A DNA stretch of 64,000 bases, from contig JAZNPH010000010.1 in assembly GCA_045589515.1 (NCBI GenBank), forward strand, positions 4,719 through 68,718, in the 5' to 3' direction. The position numbers and the translations under genes were made by a program. The DNA comes from Eubacteriales bacterium (lineage in GTDB: Bacteria; Bacillota; Clostridia; Oscillospirales; CAG-382). This document shows, piece by piece, positions 19,068-29,024 of this stretch (positions are counted from its first letter, which is position 1; the number at the start of each line of letters is the position of its first letter). A model generated the notes under the pieces. It was not told the origin of the DNA, did no database searches, and saw only the letters and a program-made list of their open reading frames with translations.

Positions 19068-22000
19068 TCGGTCCTGCGGGAAGCGGGAAGACAAGCCGTC
19101 TTTACAATCAATTGGAGCAAGCCTTCCTTTCCGGGGAGGAGTGCGTGTGGATCTGCCCCGAACAGCAGACTTTGCAGTACGAGCGGGAGATCCTTGCCCG
19201 CTTGGGGGACGGCTGTAACCTCTCTGTGGAGATCTTAAATTTTGAACGTTTGCCTGAACGGATCGCCCGTGAGTACGGGGATCTTTCGGTGCTGTATCCC
19301 GACAAGGGCGCACTCTGCGCCCTTTTGTCTGTTTTGACCTTCGAGAACAAAAAGCACTTGGTGGAATACGCCCGCAGTGCGGAGGATGCGGATTTCACAA
19401 GCGGACTTTTGGGCTTGTTCGGCAAGCTCCGTTCCGAACGGATCACTCCCGATAAATTGGACGCAGAGGTCGAAAAAGGGAGCTTTTCCGGGAAACGGCT
19501 GGAAAACAAGGTGAAGGATATCGCCCTGCTTTACCGTGCCTACGACGCATATTTCAACGAAACCCGCCGCGATATGCGGGATGCTCTCACGGTGCTTGCG
19601 GATTCCCTTTCGGAAAAGCCCTTCTTCCGGGGGAAGACGGTGTTCGTGGACGGTTATTACACCTTCACGGGGCAGGAATACGCCCTGCTTGCCGAGATCT
19701 TAAAGCAAGCCAACAACCTGTATTGCAGCTTTACCTACGACGGACGGGAGATCTTCCGTGGCAACGCCGACTGCGCGGGGAAGCTGGCGCGGTACGCCCG
19801 TGAGGTTAAGGACATCCCCGTGGGGGAATACAAGCGGAGCAATTCCCGGGAGCTTCGTTTCCTGGAACAGTACTTATGGTCCACCGAGACCCCGCTCTAT
19901 AACGGCACCCACGGAGACGTGGAGATCCTGACGGCGGAGCACGCCTTCGGGGAAGCGGAGGCGGTGGCCTCCAAGATCCTGTCTCTGGTGCGGAGCGGTA
20001 TGCGTTACCGTGACGTCACCGTCCTTGCCCGTGGGGTGGAAAGCTACCGCGGCATTCTGGACACGGTACTTGCGGGGAACGGCATTCCCTACTTTTTCTC
20101 GGAAAAGGAGGAGCTTTCCTCCCGTCCCTTGGCGGCCTTTTTGCTGGCCGCTTTGGAGCTGGTGGTGACGGATTTCTCCCTGCCCTCCGTGCGGAAGTAT
20201 CTGAAAAACGGCTATTGCCTCCTTTCCCCGGAGGAAAGCGACCTGTTGTTGCGTTACGGGGAAAGCTGGACCATGCGGGGGAAGGATTGGTATGGCGACG
20301 TCGCTTGGACCCGCAACCCCGACGGCTATTCCGACCGTCCCATGGACGAGGAGCAGACTGCCAACCTTGCCGCGGTGAACGCCGCCAGAGAAAAGGTTCT
20401 CCCCCACTTCCTTTCCTTGCGGCAGGATCTGAAGGGGAAAGACTTAACGGGTAAGGACTTCTTGGCAGGGCTGTACAATCATCTGTCAGCCGTGGGTGCG
20501 GAAGAGACCTTCGCACGGAAAGTGGAGGAAAAGGCCCTTCACGGCGACCCCCAGGAGGCGGAACGGGAGGCAGGGCTTTGGAATCTGCTCATGGACGTTT
20601 TTGACCGTCTGAACGACCTTTGCGGGGAAAAGCCCATGACCGCAAAGCGGATGCTTGCTCTTTTGAAGCTGACCTTTACCCAATATACATTAGGCGCTTT
20701 GCCTGTGACAGAGGATGCAGTTACCGTGGGCGAAGCGGCACTGTTGCGACCGGAAAACCCGAGGGCTGTGATCATCATGGGCTGTAACGACGGAGTGTTC
20801 CCCGCCACCATCGGCAAGGACCCCCTCTTCGACGACGAGGAGGCAGGGATCCTGGAAACGGCAGATATTCCCGTGGTGGAAGGAAAGACCTCCCGCATGA
20901 ACGCAGAGCGGTTCTATTTTTACAGCGCCGTCTGTTCTCCCTCGGAGAAGCTGATCTTCACCTACCCTCTGGGTACCTGGAGCGGGGAAGAGCTGCGTCC
21001 CTCCGCCGCCTTGGAGCGAGTGAAGATGCTGTTGCCTCACGTAAAGCCCTTGCTGTATACAGGCAGGGGAGAGCAGGGCTTGTTCTCTTCCCAAAACGCC
21101 GCCTCTCTGTTCTTTACCCTCCCCGAGGGAAGCCAGAGAGAGGAACTGCGCGCCCTTTTGGCAGAGCAGGGGATCACCCTGCCCGAGAGCCGTATGCCCA
21201 TGACCCTGCGGGAGGCAAAGATTCCCTACAAAGGGAATTCCTTGCGCCTTTCCCCCAGTAAGATCGAGCTGTACCGGGGTTGCCCTTTCTCCTATTTCGG
21301 CAACGCGGTGATGAAGCTGAAGGAAAAGAAGACCAACCGTTTTGCAAACCAGGAAAGCGGAAGCTTTTTGCACGCCGTGTTGGAGCAGTTTTTGCGTGCT
21401 CACACCGCAGATGGTAAATTTATTCCTCCCGAAAGCGAAGAAGCTCTTCGCAGGGAGGCGGATGGCTACATCGACGATTACCTCACCCGTGTGACGGGCG
21501 GATCGGACGACAAGAGCAAGCGCTTCTTACACACCTGCGAGAACTTAAAAAAGACCTTGTATCTTCTGCTTTCCAATCTGACCGGAGAGCTTTCCGGGTC
21601 CGACTTTATTCCCGCAGGGTTTGAAGTTACCATGGGAATGCAGGACAGCAAGCTTCCCGCCGTGGAATATATCACCCCCGAAGGGAAGCGGGTGTACCTC
21701 ATCGGCTCCATCGACCGTGTGGACACCTACCAAAAGGACGGGGTGACCTACGTCCGCGTGGTGGACTATAAGAGCTATGCAAAGGAGCTCCACATGGAAA
21801 GCGTGGAGGATTACGGTTTGGATCAGCAGATGCTGCTCTACCTCTTCGCTTATTGCCGCCTCAATGCCAAGGACGGCGAGATCTTCATGCCTGCGGGGGT
21901 GCTGTATAACCCCGTTCGTCTCACCTTTGCCCGGGAGACAGGTGGGGAGACGGAGGAGGATTTGCAGACCGACCGAGAGAAAAAGCTTTGCCGCACGGGC

Positions 22001-22306
22001 ATCCTGCTGGAGGACCCGGAGATCATCCGTGCCATGGATCGATCAGGGAGCGGGAAATACCTCCCGGTGAAGTTCGACAAGGATGGGGCCTTGAAAAAAA
22101 GCAAGTATCTCCTGCCCGCCGAGGAATTTGAACGTCTGAACCGCTTGGTGGAAGCCCAGCTCATCCGCCTTGGGGAAGATATTTTTGCAGGGGAGATGGA
22201 TATCCGTCCCCTGAAGCTGGGAAATTATCACGACGCCTGTCGGTATTGCAAATTGCAATCCGCTTGCCGATACACCGAGGAAGGAGGGACGGAGGATGAG
22301 CCCTAA
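19052..22306 (+). CDS. addB: ATP-dependent helicase/deoxyribonuclease subunit B
   Basis: Start MLIRVIGPAGSGKTS (Walker A). C-terminal nuclease domain with Fe-S cysteines (CRYCKLQSACRY). Overlaps the spoIIR 3' end by 16 nt. Confidence 0.9.
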   Translation: MLIRVIGPAGSGKTSRLYNQLEQAFLSGEECVWICPEQQTLQYEREILARLGDGCNLSVEILNFERLPERIAREYGDLSVLYPDKGALCALLSVLTFENKKHLVEYARSAEDADFTSGLLGLFGKLRSERITPDKLDAEVEKGSFSGKRLENKVKDIALLYRAYDAYFNETRRDMRDALTVLADSLSEKPFFRGKTVFVDGYYTFTGQEYALLAEILKQANNLYCSFTYDGREIFRGNADCAGKLARYAREVKDIPVGEYKRSNSRELRFLEQYLWSTETPLYNGTHGDVEILTAEHAFGEAEAVASKILSLVRSGMRYRDVTVLARGVESYRGILDTVLAGNGIPYFFSEKEELSSRPLAAFLLAALELVVTDFSLPSVRKYLKNGYCLLSPEESDLLLRYGESWTMRGKDWYGDVAWTRNPDGYSDRPMDEEQTANLAAVNAAREKVLPHFLSLRQDLKGKDLTGKDFLAGLYNHLSAVGAEETFARKVEEKALHGDPQEAEREAGLWNLLMDVFDRLNDLCGEKPMTAKRMLALLKLTFTQYTLGALPVTEDAVTVGEAALLRPENPRAVIIMGCNDGVFPATIGKDPLFDDEEAGILETADIPVVEGKTSRMNAERFYFYSAVCSPSEKLIFTYPLGTWSGEELRPSAALERVKMLLPHVKPLLYTGRGEQGLFSSQNAASLFFTLPEGSQREELRALLAEQGITLPESRMPMTLREAKIPYKGNSLRLSPSKIELYRGCPFSYFGNAVMKLKEKKTNRFANQESGSFLHAVLEQFLRAHTADGKFIPPESEEALRREADGYIDDYLTRVTGGSDDKSKRFLHTCENLKKTLYLLLSNLTGELSGSDFIPAGFEVTMGMQDSKLPAVEYITPEGKRVYLIGSIDRVDTYQKDGVTYVRVVDYKSYAKELHMESVEDYGLDQQMLLYLFAYCRLNAKDGEIFMPAGVLYNPVRLTFARETGGETEEDLQTDREKKLCRTGILLEDPEIIRAMDRSGSGKYLPVKFDKDGALKKSKYLLPAEEFERLNRLVEAQLIRLGEDIFAGEMDIRPLKLGNYHDACRYCKLQSACRYTEEGGTEDEP

Positions 22307-25300
22307 GTGGACGCCTTCACAGCAAAAGGCTTTGGATCTGCAGGACACCAATCTGCTGGTCTCCGCAGGCGCGGGGAGCGGCAAGACCACCGTCCTCACC
22401 CACCGTATTTTACAGCGGATCAAAAACGGGGATTCTATTTCGGATTTTCTGGTGGTGACCTTCACCAAGGCCTCCGCAGGAGACCTGAAGCGGAAGCTTT
22501 ATGAGGAGATCACCAAGCTTTCTCTTGCCGAGCCGGACAACAAGCACTATCGTACCCAGACCTACGAGCTTTCCGGCGCACACATCTCCACCATCCATTC
22601 TTACTGTCTGGAGATCGTGCGGGCCAACTTCCAGACCTTGGGTCTTTCCCCTAAACTCCGCATGGCGGACGACAGAGAAACGGGGATGATCGCCACCGAG
22701 GTGATGGAGCTGGTGACGGATGCCTTCTACGAATCCGGGTCTCCCGCCTTCCATCTTCTGGCGGACACCTTTTCCGGCACCAAGGACGACGCCCCCCTCA
22801 CCGAGACCATGCTGAAGCTGTACGGCGACCTGCGGGCTTACACCGATTATTTCGGTTGGCTGAGGGAAAAGCAGAAGGACATGACCGACTCCGCCACCCT
22901 TTTGAAAAACGGGGCAGATCTGTTCGAGACCCCTTGGGGACAAGAGATCCGCAGCCGTCTCCGGGAGTGGTTTTCGGAGATTCGGGATGCGGCCTTGGAG
23001 CTACACGAATACGCCCTGGCCCACACGGAGGATCCCAACCCTCTCTTGACGGCACAGCTTTGGGAGACCCATACCCAAGCCCTGTACGATGCCGCGGGGG
23101 AAAGCTACGGCGCCTTTCTTGCCGCCGCAAGGCTGTTGGGAGAGACCGCCTTCCCGCGGATGACCTTCACCAAGAAAACGGATCCTATCGCCAAGGACTA
23201 CATCGCCGCAGAGCGGACACGGATCAAAAAGGAAACGGAACGGATCCTTGAGGTTTTTGCCGTCTACGGTGAAGGGGAGCTTGCCCGCCAATACCAAAAA
23301 ATGGGGGAGATCCTTGCCGCAGTGGAGTTGTTTCTCACCCGCTTCGAGGAGCTTTACGACACCGCCAAGCGGGAAAAAGGGATTCTGGACTTCTCCGACG
23401 CAGAGCATTTCCTCTTGGAGCTTTTGGAGCAGGACGGCAAGCCCACCCCCCTCTGCCTGGATATGCAAAGCAATATCAAGGAGATCTACATCGACGAATA
23501 CCAGGACGTTTCTCCCCTCCAGGACAGGCTGTTCACCCTGCTGTCCAAGGGGAACAACCGCTTTATGGTAGGGGACGTGAAGCAGTCCATCTACCGCTTC
23601 CGCAACGCCTACCCGGACATCTTCCTGGGCTATAAGGACGCCTACGGGGATGAAAAGGGCGAGAAGGAAGCAGGCACCCGTATTTTCCTGCGGGAGAACT
23701 TCCGAAGCGGACAGAGTGTCATCGACTTCACCAATCTGCTGTTTGCCCGCATCACCGTCGACACCCCCTACCAAAAGGAATACAAGGGGGAGGAGCTGAT
23801 CTTTAGAAAAGCCACCACCGCTCCCAAAAAGCCTGTGACCATCGCCGTCGCAATCAGCGAGGAGCGTGCCAAGGGCAAGGCGGTGGAGCAGGAGGCGGCT
23901 TACGTGGCGGAGGAGATCCTGCGCCTGGTGGAAACGGGTACCCGAGAGACCCCCGAGGGGGAAGCCCCCCTGCGCTATCGGGATATTGCCATCCTGTTCC
24001 GCACCTTGAAGGACAAAACCGCTCCCTACGAAAAGGCCTTGAAAGAGCGGGGGATTCCCTATACCATCACCACCCCTCAGAAGTTCTTCGACAGAGCGGA
24101 GATTCGCCTCATGGTGGCACTGCTGAAGGCTCTGGACGACCCCACCGACGATATCTCCCTGTTCGCCTCCCTGCGGAGTCCTGTGCTGGGCTTTACCGAC
24201 GGGGAGCTGTACGCCATCCGTATGGAAAGCACCCGGGGTAGTCTGTTCTCCGCCCTGCAAAAGGCGGGAGAGCAGGAAAACGCTTTGGGAGAAAAATGCA
24301 AAACCGCCCTTGCCTTCCTTGCCCACGGGCGGGAGATTGCTGAGGGGAAGGCTTGCCACAGCTTTTTGTGGGAGCTTTACACCGAAAGCGGATTGTTGCA
24401 CCTCTGCACCCGCTCGGAAAAAAGCGGGTTGCTGATGCTGTACGAATATGCAAGAGATTTTGAAAACACAGGGTACAAGGGACTTTCCGGCTTTATCTCC
24501 TACCTCCGTGCCGCGGAAGAGAAGGGAGTGGAGCTTCCCACTTCCTCCGAAAATGGAGACAAGGATTGCGTTACCCTTACCACCATTCACAAATCCAAGG
24601 GCTTGGAATACCCGGTGGTGTTCTTAAGCGGTGCAGGGCAATTGCTGTTCCCCCCCATCCCCAAGCCTTATATTCTGTTGCGGGAAAAGGGGCTGTTCTT
24701 CAAGCTGAGAGACTATGACCGCCTCACCGTCACCGACCCTCTGCCCAACCTGTACGCAGGGCTTCTGGAGCGGGATGCGGAATTGGGAGAAGAGCTTCGC
24801 AAGCTGTACGTGGCCTGCACCCGTGCCAAGGAAAAGCTGTATATCACCGGTGCGGTTTCCCTTTCTTCCTATGAGAAGGAGGGCTTCCACCGCCTCGCCC
24901 CCACCTGCATGATGGACCTGGTGCTGTACGCCGCCAAATCTGCGGGGACGGATGAAAGCTTTGAGCTCATAGAGATCTCTCCCGAGGAATCCGCCTTCCA
25001 CGCCGCCGAGGTCAAAAAAAACGAGGCAGAGGAAGAGATCTTCCTCACAGAGGAAGCAAAGGCGGCTATCCGCTTCCGTTATCCCCACGAAAAGCAGGAG
25101 CTTCCCGCCAAGGTTTCCGTCTCCTACCTGAAGGAGACCGTCACGGGAACGGAACGGGAATACACCGCCGCAAGGCTCACCCGCCCGCCCAAATTTTTGG
25201 AGCAGACTGCCACCCCGGACTTTGCCAAGCGGGGAACCGCCAATCACACCTTCCTGCAGTTCTGCGATTTTGCCCGTGTGGAGCGGGAAGGTCTTGAAAA

Positions 25301-25739
25301 GGAAAAGGAACGCCTGCTAAGCACCCGTATGATGGATGGGGAGCAGATCGCTTTGCTGGATGAGATCGGTCTTTCCATGTTCTTCAAAAGCGACCTTTAC
25401 CGCCGTATGCGGGCAGGACGGGAGTTGAAGCGGGAGATGCGCTTCTCCGTGCAGATGGAGGCCTCCGCTCTGCAGGAGGGCGGGGAAGGCACTCTGCTGC
25501 TGCAGGGTGTGATCGACTGCTTCTTTATCGACGAAAACGGAGACTTGGTAATCGTGGACTACAAGACCGATCGTGTCCGTGATCCCGAGGAATTGCTGGA
25601 ACGGCATAGTAAGCAGCTGGAGCTTTACGCTATGGCAGTGGAGAAGATCACGGGAAAACCCGTGGTGAAAACCTGTATCTGGTCCTTTTTCATGAATAAA
25701 GAGATTGTTTTCATGAGGAAATGCACAAAAACCCATTGA
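22296..25739 (+). CDS. addA: ATP-dependent helicase/nuclease subunit A
   Basis: UvrD-like motifs (GAGSGKTTVL, DEYQD, the FMVGDVKQSIYRFR region) plus a C-terminal RecB-type nuclease (GVIDCFF...VDYKTD). Overlaps the addB stop. Confidence 0.93.
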   Translation: MSPKWTPSQQKALDLQDTNLLVSAGAGSGKTTVLTHRILQRIKNGDSISDFLVVTFTKASAGDLKRKLYEEITKLSLAEPDNKHYRTQTYELSGAHISTIHSYCLEIVRANFQTLGLSPKLRMADDRETGMIATEVMELVTDAFYESGSPAFHLLADTFSGTKDDAPLTETMLKLYGDLRAYTDYFGWLREKQKDMTDSATLLKNGADLFETPWGQEIRSRLREWFSEIRDAALELHEYALAHTEDPNPLLTAQLWETHTQALYDAAGESYGAFLAAARLLGETAFPRMTFTKKTDPIAKDYIAAERTRIKKETERILEVFAVYGEGELARQYQKMGEILAAVELFLTRFEELYDTAKREKGILDFSDAEHFLLELLEQDGKPTPLCLDMQSNIKEIYIDEYQDVSPLQDRLFTLLSKGNNRFMVGDVKQSIYRFRNAYPDIFLGYKDAYGDEKGEKEAGTRIFLRENFRSGQSVIDFTNLLFARITVDTPYQKEYKGEELIFRKATTAPKKPVTIAVAISEERAKGKAVEQEAAYVAEEILRLVETGTRETPEGEAPLRYRDIAILFRTLKDKTAPYEKALKERGIPYTITTPQKFFDRAEIRLMVALLKALDDPTDDISLFASLRSPVLGFTDGELYAIRMESTRGSLFSALQKAGEQENALGEKCKTALAFLAHGREIAEGKACHSFLWELYTESGLLHLCTRSEKSGLLMLYEYARDFENTGYKGLSGFISYLRAAEEKGVELPTSSENGDKDCVTLTTIHKSKGLEYPVVFLSGAGQLLFPPIPKPYILLREKGLFFKLRDYDRLTVTDPLPNLYAGLLERDAELGEELRKLYVACTRAKEKLYITGAVSLSSYEKEGFHRLAPTCMMDLVLYAAKSAGTDESFELIEISPEESAFHAAEVKKNEAEEEIFLTEEAKAAIRFRYPHEKQELPAKVSVSYLKETVTGTEREYTAARLTRPPKFLEQTATPDFAKRGTANHTFLQFCDFARVEREGLEKEKERLLSTRMMDGEQIALLDEIGLSMFFKSDLYRRMRAGRELKREMRFSVQMEASALQEGGEGTLLLQGVIDCFFIDENGDLVIVDYKTDRVRDPEELLERHSKQLELYAMAVEKITGKPVVKTCIWSFFMNKEIVFMRKCTKTH

Positions 25740-25764
25740 CAAATGAACAAAATATGTGTATACT
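25736..25764 (+). promoter_or_regulatory. Sigma-A promoter of lipoprotein paralog 1
   Basis: TTGACA (25736-25741, overlapping the addA stop), 17 nt, TATACT (25759-25764). Confidence 0.6.
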
Positions 25765-25802
25765 GTGAACAGCAAATAAAAATATGCAAAGGAGTTTTTG
25801 TT

Positions 25803-26318
25803 ATGAAGAAACTTATTTCCCTGATGTTGGTTCTGGTTATGTGCACCCTGGCACTCACCTCTTGCGGCGGCGCAAACGGCTCTCCCGAGGCAGTCGTTGA
25901 ATCCATGATGAAAGTCATGACTGATTTCGACGTGAATGGCGTCAAGGATCTGCTCCCCGACGAAGCTTGGGAAGAGATGTACAAGGAAATGGACGTTGAT
26001 GAGGACGAGTTCTGGGAAGACATGGAAGACACCTTCGACGAAATGAAGGATTCTATGGAAGAAGCAGACGGCTACGAGATCGATTATAAGATCGGCGACG
26101 TTGAAGATATGGATGAAGACGAGGTTGAAGAGCTCAACGAAGAGCTGGAGGACCTGCTGGATGACGACATCGACGCAGCGGCCATCGTTACCGTTGAAAT
26201 GACCATCACCATCGAGTACGAAGGCGAAGAGATGGAAATGGACGAGGAGATGGAGTACACTGTCTTCAAGTACGACGGCAAGTGGTACATCAATCCCGAC
26301 GATCTGGATATGTTCTGA
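25803..26318 (+). CDS. Highly acidic lipoprotein, single-domain paralog 1
   Basis: ATG 25803 follows AAAGGAG. Lipobox LALTSC. D/E-rich mature part ending EYTVFKYDGKWYINPDDLDMF. Resembles small NTF2-like lipoproteins (DUF4878-type; from memory, unverified). Confidence 0.7.
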   Translation: MKKLISLMLVLVMCTLALTSCGGANGSPEAVVESMMKVMTDFDVNGVKDLLPDEAWEEMYKEMDVDEDEFWEDMEDTFDEMKDSMEEADGYEIDYKIGDVEDMDEDEVEELNEELEDLLDDDIDAAAIVTVEMTITIEYEGEEMEMDEEMEYTVFKYDGKWYINPDDLDMF

Positions 26319-26343
26319 TTCCAAAAGCCAATTCATAGCTTTC

Positions 26344-26372
26344 AAAAGGACCGCATCAGCGGTCCTTTTTTT
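26344..26372 (+). terminator. Intrinsic terminator
   Basis: GGACCGC-ATCA-GCGGTCC followed by T7. Confidence 0.8.
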
Positions 26373-26373
26373 A

Positions 26374-26402
26374 TTGACAAGACGGGCCTTTTCGTGTATA
26401 CT
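26374..26402 (+). promoter_or_regulatory. Sigma-A promoter of lipoprotein paralog 2
   Basis: TTGACA, 17 nt, TATACT (26397-26402). Confidence 0.6.
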
Positions 26403-26435
26403 GAAGACAAATGAAAAAGATTTGGGAGGTTTTGT

Positions 26436-27416
26436 ATGAAAAGAATGAGATTTTTGGCTTTTCTGTTGTTGGCGGTTCTGAGCATGGGGGTGCTTACCGC
26501 TTGCGGCGGCGGATATCCCTCCTCTGAGGCCGTCGCGGAAGCAATGATGGGGGCATATCAAAGCTACGACGCAAAAACGTTGCTGGCGCTTCTTCCCGCG
26601 GAATATTTGGAGACCTATTACGAGGAAGAGGTTACGGACGAGGAGGAATACTTAGAGGATCTGCAAGACGTTCTGGACGATTTTGCCCAGCTGATGGAAG
26701 AGCTGGAAGGCTCCTGTTCCTTCGAGGTAACGGACAAGGAAGCCCTGGAGAAAAAAGAACTGAGGGCATTGAACAAAGCCTTGGGAGATTATCTTGAGGA
26801 GGACGTAGAGGAGGCAGAAGCCGTTACCTTTGAAGTGACCTTCTCCTATACTTACGATCAGGAAGCCTATGAATCCGTCACCACGGGAACGCTGATCGCC
26901 TTTGCATGCCGGGGGAATTGGTACCTTGATCCCAACAGTATTCCCCGCACACCCAACTTTTTCCTTGGGGTCAACTATACCCCGGAAAGCGCATTGGCGG
27001 CAATGATTGATGTTATGGCCTACTGCGACTTCGAGGGTGTCAGAGATCTGCTTCCCGAGGATATGTGGGATAAGATGTGTGAAGAAGACAACATCAGCGA
27101 GAAGAAGTTCTGGGAAGATTTGGAAGAGACCTTCGACGAAGTGAAGGAAGAAATGGAAATATTTGATCTCTTCAAGGTTGAGTATAAGATCAAGGATATC
27201 GACGAGCCGGACGAGGATGAATTTGAAAAAATCAAGGCAGAGCTGAAAGATATGCTGAAGGGCGATGTCCAGGCGGCAGTAATCGTTACGATTGAATTGA
27301 CTGTCACTGCTGAGTACGACGGCGAAGAGACGGAAATTGACCGGGAGATAGAGTACACCGTCTTCAAGTACGACGGCAAGTGGTATATTCATCCCGACGA
27401 TCTGGATATGTTCTGA
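26436..27416 (+). CDS. Acidic lipoprotein, two-domain paralog 2
   Basis: Lipobox VLTAC. Two tandem copies of the paralog-1 domain. The C-terminus EYTVFKYDGKWYIHPDDLDMF is nearly identical to paralog 1. GGGAGG RBS. Confidence 0.7.
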   Translation: MKRMRFLAFLLLAVLSMGVLTACGGGYPSSEAVAEAMMGAYQSYDAKTLLALLPAEYLETYYEEEVTDEEEYLEDLQDVLDDFAQLMEELEGSCSFEVTDKEALEKKELRALNKALGDYLEEDVEEAEAVTFEVTFSYTYDQEAYESVTTGTLIAFACRGNWYLDPNSIPRTPNFFLGVNYTPESALAAMIDVMAYCDFEGVRDLLPEDMWDKMCEEDNISEKKFWEDLEETFDEVKEEMEIFDLFKVEYKIKDIDEPDEDEFEKIKAELKDMLKGDVQAAVIVTIELTVTAEYDGEETEIDREIEYTVFKYDGKWYIHPDDLDMF

Positions 27417-27433
27417 TCCGATTCACAGCCATC

Positions 27434-27463
27434 AAAAAGGACTGCATTCCGCAGTCCTTTTTT
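27434..27463 (+). terminator. Intrinsic terminator
   Basis: GGACTGC-ATTCC-GCAGTCC followed by T6. It is homologous to the terminator at 26344-26372. Confidence 0.8.
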
Positions 27464-27466
27464 ATC

Positions 27467-27495
27467 TTGACTTTTCATACCCCGCGGGGTATAAT
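27467..27495 (+). promoter_or_regulatory. Sigma-A promoter of paralog 3 / hydrolase operon
   Basis: TTGACT, 17 nt, TATAAT (27490-27495). Confidence 0.6.
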
Positions 27496-27531
27496 GAAAG
27501 GGTAAAAACCAAGGAAAGCGAAGGCTTTTTT

Positions 27532-28065
27532 ATGAAACGTAACACCAAGAAAAAGAAGACCGATTTTCGGGTGCTGTTGCCCGTTTGCATCGTTTTGCCC
27601 CTGTTGGCCATCCTGGCGGGAGGGCTGATCTTCTCCATGCTTACGGGAGGTCCGAAGCCTGTGGGTGAAGCCTATTTGCAGGCCATGACCGCCAAGGATT
27701 CCGAAGCAATTCTGGAAATGTACCATGGAGGCATGCTGATGCACCTCCAGAAGATCTCCGGGGAGAAGGCCTCTGCCATCTCCACCCGCTTCCAAACCCG
27801 TCTGGAGGCCTGGTACGATAGCGCCTTCGGGGAATGTGGGGACAACGTGACCTTTGCCTACGAACTGTCCGAGAAGGCAGACGTGGACGAGGAGACCTTG
27901 ACGGAGCTGAAAGAGATCATCGGGGAGGGTGTTTCCTCTGCCGTGGTCTTCAAGGGTGAGATCACCGCCACAGGCTCCAAGGGGAGCAAGACCGTCACCC
28001 ATTGGGTCCAGCTGGTGGAGGTGGACGGCAAATGGTTCCTCTACAACCTGCAGATGTTGTTATGA
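27532..28065 (+). CDS. Membrane-anchored divergent paralog 3 of the same domain family
   Basis: Basic N-terminus plus one TM helix. The domain starts PVGEAYLQAM and ends VEVDGKWFLYNLQ, so it has the same architecture as the paralog 1 and 2 domains. Confidence 0.6.
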   Translation: MKRNTKKKKTDFRVLLPVCIVLPLLAILAGGLIFSMLTGGPKPVGEAYLQAMTAKDSEAILEMYHGGMLMHLQKISGEKASAISTRFQTRLEAWYDSAFGECGDNVTFAYELSEKADVDEETLTELKEIIGEGVSSAVVFKGEITATGSKGSKTVTHWVQLVEVDGKWFLYNLQMLL

Positions 28066-29024
28066 CGGAAAAGCTGAACGCTCTGCTTGACAAGGGTTTA
28101 CAGGATGGCGTATTCCCCGGCTACCACGCCGCGGTGGGGGAAGGGGACACCTTGCTGTATACCTCCTTTGGGGGCAACCTGGCGTTGTACCCCGAGGCGA
28201 TCCCCATGACGGAACACGCTCTGTTCGACATGGCCTCCCTTTCCAAGCTCATGGGCACCACCATGGCCTTCTTGCGGCTTTACGAGCAGGGGAAAGTCTC
28301 ACCCGAGCAGACCCTTGCGGAGTTCTTCCCGGAATGTTACGGTAAAGAAGAGATCACCCTGCACAGGCTTCTCACCCACACCTCGGGGATCAAGGCACAC
28401 TTTCCTCTGTGGCTGAGAGGGATCACCCCCGATATGGCGGTGGAAACCATTCTGAAAGAGCCCTTGGGGATTCCCACGGGGCAGGACGTGGTGTATAGCT
28501 GTATGGGCTTTATCCTGCTGGGGAAGATTTTAGAGCAGATCGAAGGGCAACCTTTGGACGCCATCGTCCGCCGCGAGGTGTTTCTCCCCCTGGGGATGGA
28601 GACGGCTTGCTACAACCCGCCTGCGGGCACCCTCTGCGTGGCTACGGAAGGGGAGATACGGGGCACCGTCCACGACGAAAACGCCGCCTTTTTGGGCGGG
28701 GTCTCCGGGAACGCAGGGGTGTTTGCCTCCATGGCGGACTGCGTCAAATTCGCCTCTATGCTTGCCTGCAAAGGAGAGGGGTATCTGCAACCCGAGACGT
28801 TTGCAAAAGCCATCCGCAACGATACCCCCGGCATGGATGAAAACCGCGGCTTAGGCTTCCAGCTTTGCTCCTTCGGCATGGGACATACCGGCTTTACAGG
28901 CACTTCTTTGTACGTCAACGAAAAGGGGAGATACGCTATCCTGCTCACCAACCGTGTCCACCCAACCAGAGAGAATCACCGTCTCCCCGCCTTCCGCAGG
29001 GAGTTCCATAAGGAGACGTTATGA
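28062..29024 (+). CDS. Serine hydrolase, beta-lactamase-related family (AmiE/YbbE-like candidate)
   Basis: SxxK motif in DMASLSKLMG. ATGA overlaps with both neighbours. About 320 aa. Confidence 0.8.
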   Translation: MTEKLNALLDKGLQDGVFPGYHAAVGEGDTLLYTSFGGNLALYPEAIPMTEHALFDMASLSKLMGTTMAFLRLYEQGKVSPEQTLAEFFPECYGKEEITLHRLLTHTSGIKAHFPLWLRGITPDMAVETILKEPLGIPTGQDVVYSCMGFILLGKILEQIEGQPLDAIVRREVFLPLGMETACYNPPAGTLCVATEGEIRGTVHDENAAFLGGVSGNAGVFASMADCVKFASMLACKGEGYLQPETFAKAIRNDTPGMDENRGLGFQLCSFGMGHTGFTGTSLYVNEKGRYAILLTNRVHPTRENHRLPAFRREFHKETL

